The translations under genes and the position numbers were made by a program. Shown piece by piece: positions 60,586 through 64,000 of a stretch of DNA of 64,000 nucleotides. Position 1 is the first letter of the stretch. Each line of letters starts with the position of its first letter. The stretch comes from Ministeria vibrans ATCC 50519 (lineage: Eukaryota; Protista; Filasterea). The stretch is taken from assembly GCA_943704425.1 (NCBI GenBank), contig CALSCP010001986.1, positions 1-64,000 on the forward strand. The letters run 5' to 3'. The notes below the pieces were generated by a model that saw only the letters and a list, made by a program, of their open reading frames with translations, had not been told where the DNA came from and ran no database searches.

Positions 60586-60883
60586 TTAGATACATTGATT
60601 GACGCGAAGAAGTACTCGGGCGACATGATCAATGCCATCTCCAGTAGAAGTCACTAGGGTCACTGCTGTCATATATTCGACATAGTTTCCCAGCCAAAGG
60701 TGACGTGAGCATGATGGGATACGCTCAAAGGCGCTCTGGATTGTCGAAAGAAAGGTTTGAGCTGATTTGTCGTGCTCGAACTGACGACTCAAGCGAGCAA
60801 ACCGCTCTGGATCGTCGCACACATCAACATGACCAGGCCACTGAGGTTTGGTAGGCACCATCAGCAGCCCATCCTACAAGACA

Positions 60884-60943
<60 letters not shown>

Positions 60944-62495
60944 AAGAAACAAAGTGAGTGAGAGAGAGAGAAAGAAACAAAGTGAGTGAGTGAGAGAGAG
61001 AGTCTGTATAGAATATGTCTTATGCTGGCTCACCTTCACAATGGCAGAGTATCGCTCAGTGGCGATTTGATAGACAAAGTCACGAGTCATTCCCAGACGT
61101 AGCGAAAGACTACGAAGCAGCACAATTGCCAACTCGGCACGCTCCACGGGCAGCGGGGAGTCGGTCAGCAGTGCAGGCGGAGGGGTGCCCATGACGTCCT
61201 GCGCCATAGTTTCTGCCTCAGGGGGTTCCGTCCACGCCTGAGTCATATAATTTATATAATATATATAATTATAATATATATATATAAATTAGACAGACAT
61301 ATGATCTTTTTGATTGTTTTATAATGTACGTTGACACTGATTGCGGGCCCTTCAGTAATAACCTGGTGAAACCAAAGTGGCGGAATGTAAAGCACATCGC
61401 CCTAAGAAGCAAAATGAGTGGGGATGTACAGTGATTTCCTAGATGTACTCGCTCGAGAACAGCCTCGACACAGGCGACGCGCTGGGATTGCGGATTGGTC
61501 AGATTGAGTTGGCACTGAGCGTGGTTGGGGTGAAGAAATGGGTAGACGCGCAAGTGGGCGCTGGCGGACGGGGGGAAGAGAAGGAAGCGTTTGCGACCGG
61601 TCAGCTGGACGTAGAAGTTGGCATAGCCATCGTAGTGGCACGGTGTGACCGCCCCCGAGGGCCCCATCCACACGTTGATAGACGAGACGGACGGACGGAG
61701 GCTCTACACACATAATATAAGCGAGTATCACTATGTAGTACAAAATCCGCTGTCCGTACAATCATTTCGCGGACGTCAATGTCTTGCTCCAACGTCGGAC
61801 TCAGCTTGTCAATTTCGCCCGAAAAGTACGCATAAGGAGGGTGGTGCGGATCGGAAAACATGCGCGTGAAGAACACGTCGGTCTTCATCGAGATATCCTC
61901 GCCATACGGGTTGACACGCGTTGCGTGGCTCGCGAGCGGACGCCTCGGGTCAAAGTAGGGCCCGAAAAAGCGATTGGACTTGTTGACATAGCATTTGAGA
62001 CTAAGCGAGAGGAAATGGGGCGATGTTCAGGAGAGATGCGGGTGCGCATGCAAGAAGGGAGCTGGCAGAACACCTTCTGATGTGCTGCCGCAGGAAGGAG
62101 GGCGTCCACTGTGCCATGGCCCTCCATTTCGTTGCAACCGTGTTGGTCAAAATGACAGGATCGCCTCGCTCAAAGCAGCGACGAGCAAAGGGTTTGTCTG
62201 GCTCCCACAAGAGTCGCTCGACCTGTCTTTCGACGCGCACGTAGCCGATGATGGGGTCGTTGTGCTCGAACGGAAGCTGGGTGGAGAAACTGTGAGTGTG
62301 AAACGTTCTAAATGCAATGGCAAGACATGCAAGAAATCCTACCTGTACCTCAACAGATGCACGGCTAGGCACCCGACCCTTAGCGTATAATACACACATG
62401 ACAGCAAGACACGCACCCAGAAGAGCCCCCAGTCGTGGCAGCGAGCGGGTCTGCTTCTCCTTGTCTTTGAACTTGTCCTTTTTGATCTTGACCAT
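60586..62495 (-). CDS. JmjC/cupin-8 2-oxoglutarate-Fe(II) oxygenase with an N-terminal signal anchor
   Basis: PVILTN....W.A...WT..FL, then WMGPSGAVTPCHYD (HxD), NFYVQLTGRKRFLLFPP and GDVLYIPPLWFHQV (distal His). N-terminal basic stretch plus hydrophobic LGALLGACLAVMCVLY. Multi-exon. Confidence 0.85.
60888..61000. repeat. Intronic (GA)n microsatellite with GAAACAAAGTGA units
   Basis: Direct inspection. Confidence 0.9.
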
Positions 62496-62629
62496 CTTCA
62501 AAAGTGGGCCAGAACTATACGTTGCAATAATGTACACGCTATCAACGACACAATAGACTGAATAAAAAAAACTACCTTTCTAAATAATCTTATCACAAAA
62601 CTTGTAAAATCGTGTTCTCGACTGATTTT

Positions 62630-62665
<36 letters not shown>

Positions 62666-62679
62666 CCCCTCTCTGCACT

Positions 62680-64000
62680 CTATTCCGGGATAAAATCCCC
62701 CTTGGGTTTACCCGGTGCAGCGGCGGCGGCATAGGCGGCGCGGTTCTCTTCGGGGAGATCCTCGACCGAGCGAACAATGACCTCGGGAACACCAAACTGA
62801 ATGGCAATGTACTCCTTCGCCTCCTCGTACAGTTGACGTTCGTCAAACGGCAACTTGAGCTCAAAAGCAAGCTCGCCCAGGTCGGCTGCCTCCGTCTTGA
62901 CCATCTGCACAAAAGGCATAACTTCCTTCATGTTGGCACCGGCAAGGGCGTCGTTCTTCTTCAGGCGCGCCAGCAGCACGGCATTCTCAGGAATAGCCCC
63001 CTCCTTGAAGTACTCGTGAAGCGTCGACAGCACTCCCTTCTGCCACGCCGGCCACTCCTCCGTCAGCGTCAGCACCACCTTGGCCAGGCGCACCGGTGCC
63101 TTGCCCTTGCCCTTGTTAAGCTTCTTCATCACCGTGTCCAGCACCTTTTTCTGCTGTCCACACATCTTGAGCAGCTAAGAGCACAAAAAAAAAAAAAGTG
63201 AAATGAGAACAAGCGCTGCTGATAAATCACATTATCAATTTGCCATTCTTACCTGCTGTTCTTCGCGGATGGCCATGACATGGTTGGTATCCGACGCAGA
63301 CGGGTAGGGTGCGACGGTGACTGAGCTCTCGTGGCCTCGCATGCTCCACAACTTCTCAGCCATGTGTGGGCAGATAGGGCACATGAGCACGGCCTAGAAT
63401 GTGTGTGTGTGAGAGAGAGAGTGTGTGTGTGTGTCAAAAAAGCAAGGTTGAAAGACGACAAGGTATTTTGTACCTGCACGTCAAGGAAGCGCTTGACAAG
63501 AGCCTGGTTGAGCGGGGTCGAGCCCAAAAGCATGAGGTAGAGGTCGCGAGCGATGAGCAGCTCAAAGTAGCCGTGCTTGAGAGCGGAGCGGAAAAGCATG
63601 CGTTCGTACGCGTCACGCGTGAGTGTGATGGCGCGGTCAATGGCGGCGGAAAAGACTCGGTCGGCAAGGGAAACGTCGCTGGGGGCATCGCGCAGCTCTC
63701 CCGCCTCGAGGGCGGCAATGGTCGTCTTGGCCCACTCCCACTGGGTGTACAGACGAAGCACGGCCGCATTGGCCGAGTCCGCACTGAAGTTGGCGTCGTC
63801 CACCGTGTCTCCGGCGTCGGCAAGCGCAAGACGCATTGCGTCCGCTCCGTACTTGTCCAAACCCTGCGCCAGTGACAAGAAGTTGCCTAACGAAGAAACC
63901 CAGACGTACAAGTCAAAAACTCAGAACATAACAAATGAATAGTGTCCATACCGGTTCGCTTGGACATTTTCTCTCCGTTGATCATCAAGTGACCATTGGC
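62680..64000 (-). CDS. LARS1: Cytosolic leucyl-tRNA synthetase, 3' part (gene continues beyond the window)
   Basis: ANGHLMINGEKMSKRT|GNFLSL...YGADAMRLALADAGDTVDDANF, then L.PICPH.AE..W, WPAWQ, MPFVQ, LPFDE and PGKP. Confidence 0.95.

Overview
Gene-dense, intron-containing eukaryotic DNA in the standard genetic code. It has GT-AG introns, many (GT)n/(GA)n/(TAA)n microsatellites and three N gaps. The gene content mixes animal-type genes (class IA-like PI3K, tousled-like kinase, CPLANE1, a ZGLP1-like GATA factor, an EGF-repeat receptor) with genes animals lack (pantothenate synthetase, a WOPR/Gti1-Pac2 factor). This suggests a flagellated unicellular relative of animals; that is an inference and the taxon cannot be fixed from sequence alone. 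About 21 genes can be modelled by eye, in order: EGF-repeat receptor, HADH, ZGLP1-like, TLK, a >3,500-aa mosaic surface protein, an 11-WSC secreted lectin, PPA, MRPL1, panC, a peroxisomal alpha/beta hydrolase, a WOPR factor, ferredoxin, an atypical P450, GID8, NOSIP, PI3K, DCXR (3' half), PACRGL (5' exon), DCTN5, CPLANE1, an unknown tandem-domain protein, a JmjC oxygenase and LARS (3' part). The strongest novelty candidates are: (1) the giant membrane-anchored PAN/RCC1 mosaic carrying a bacterial-looking DPPG module with two long amphipathic beta-segments, head-to-head with the WSC lectin; (2) a fungal-type WOPR regulator among animal-type genes; (3) a ZGLP1-like double zinc finger; (4) a TLK with an inserted Myb domain; (5) a P450 lacking ExxR and PERF. 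All family calls come from recalled motifs, not from database searches. No rRNA, tRNA, CRISPR array or intact transposon was seen.
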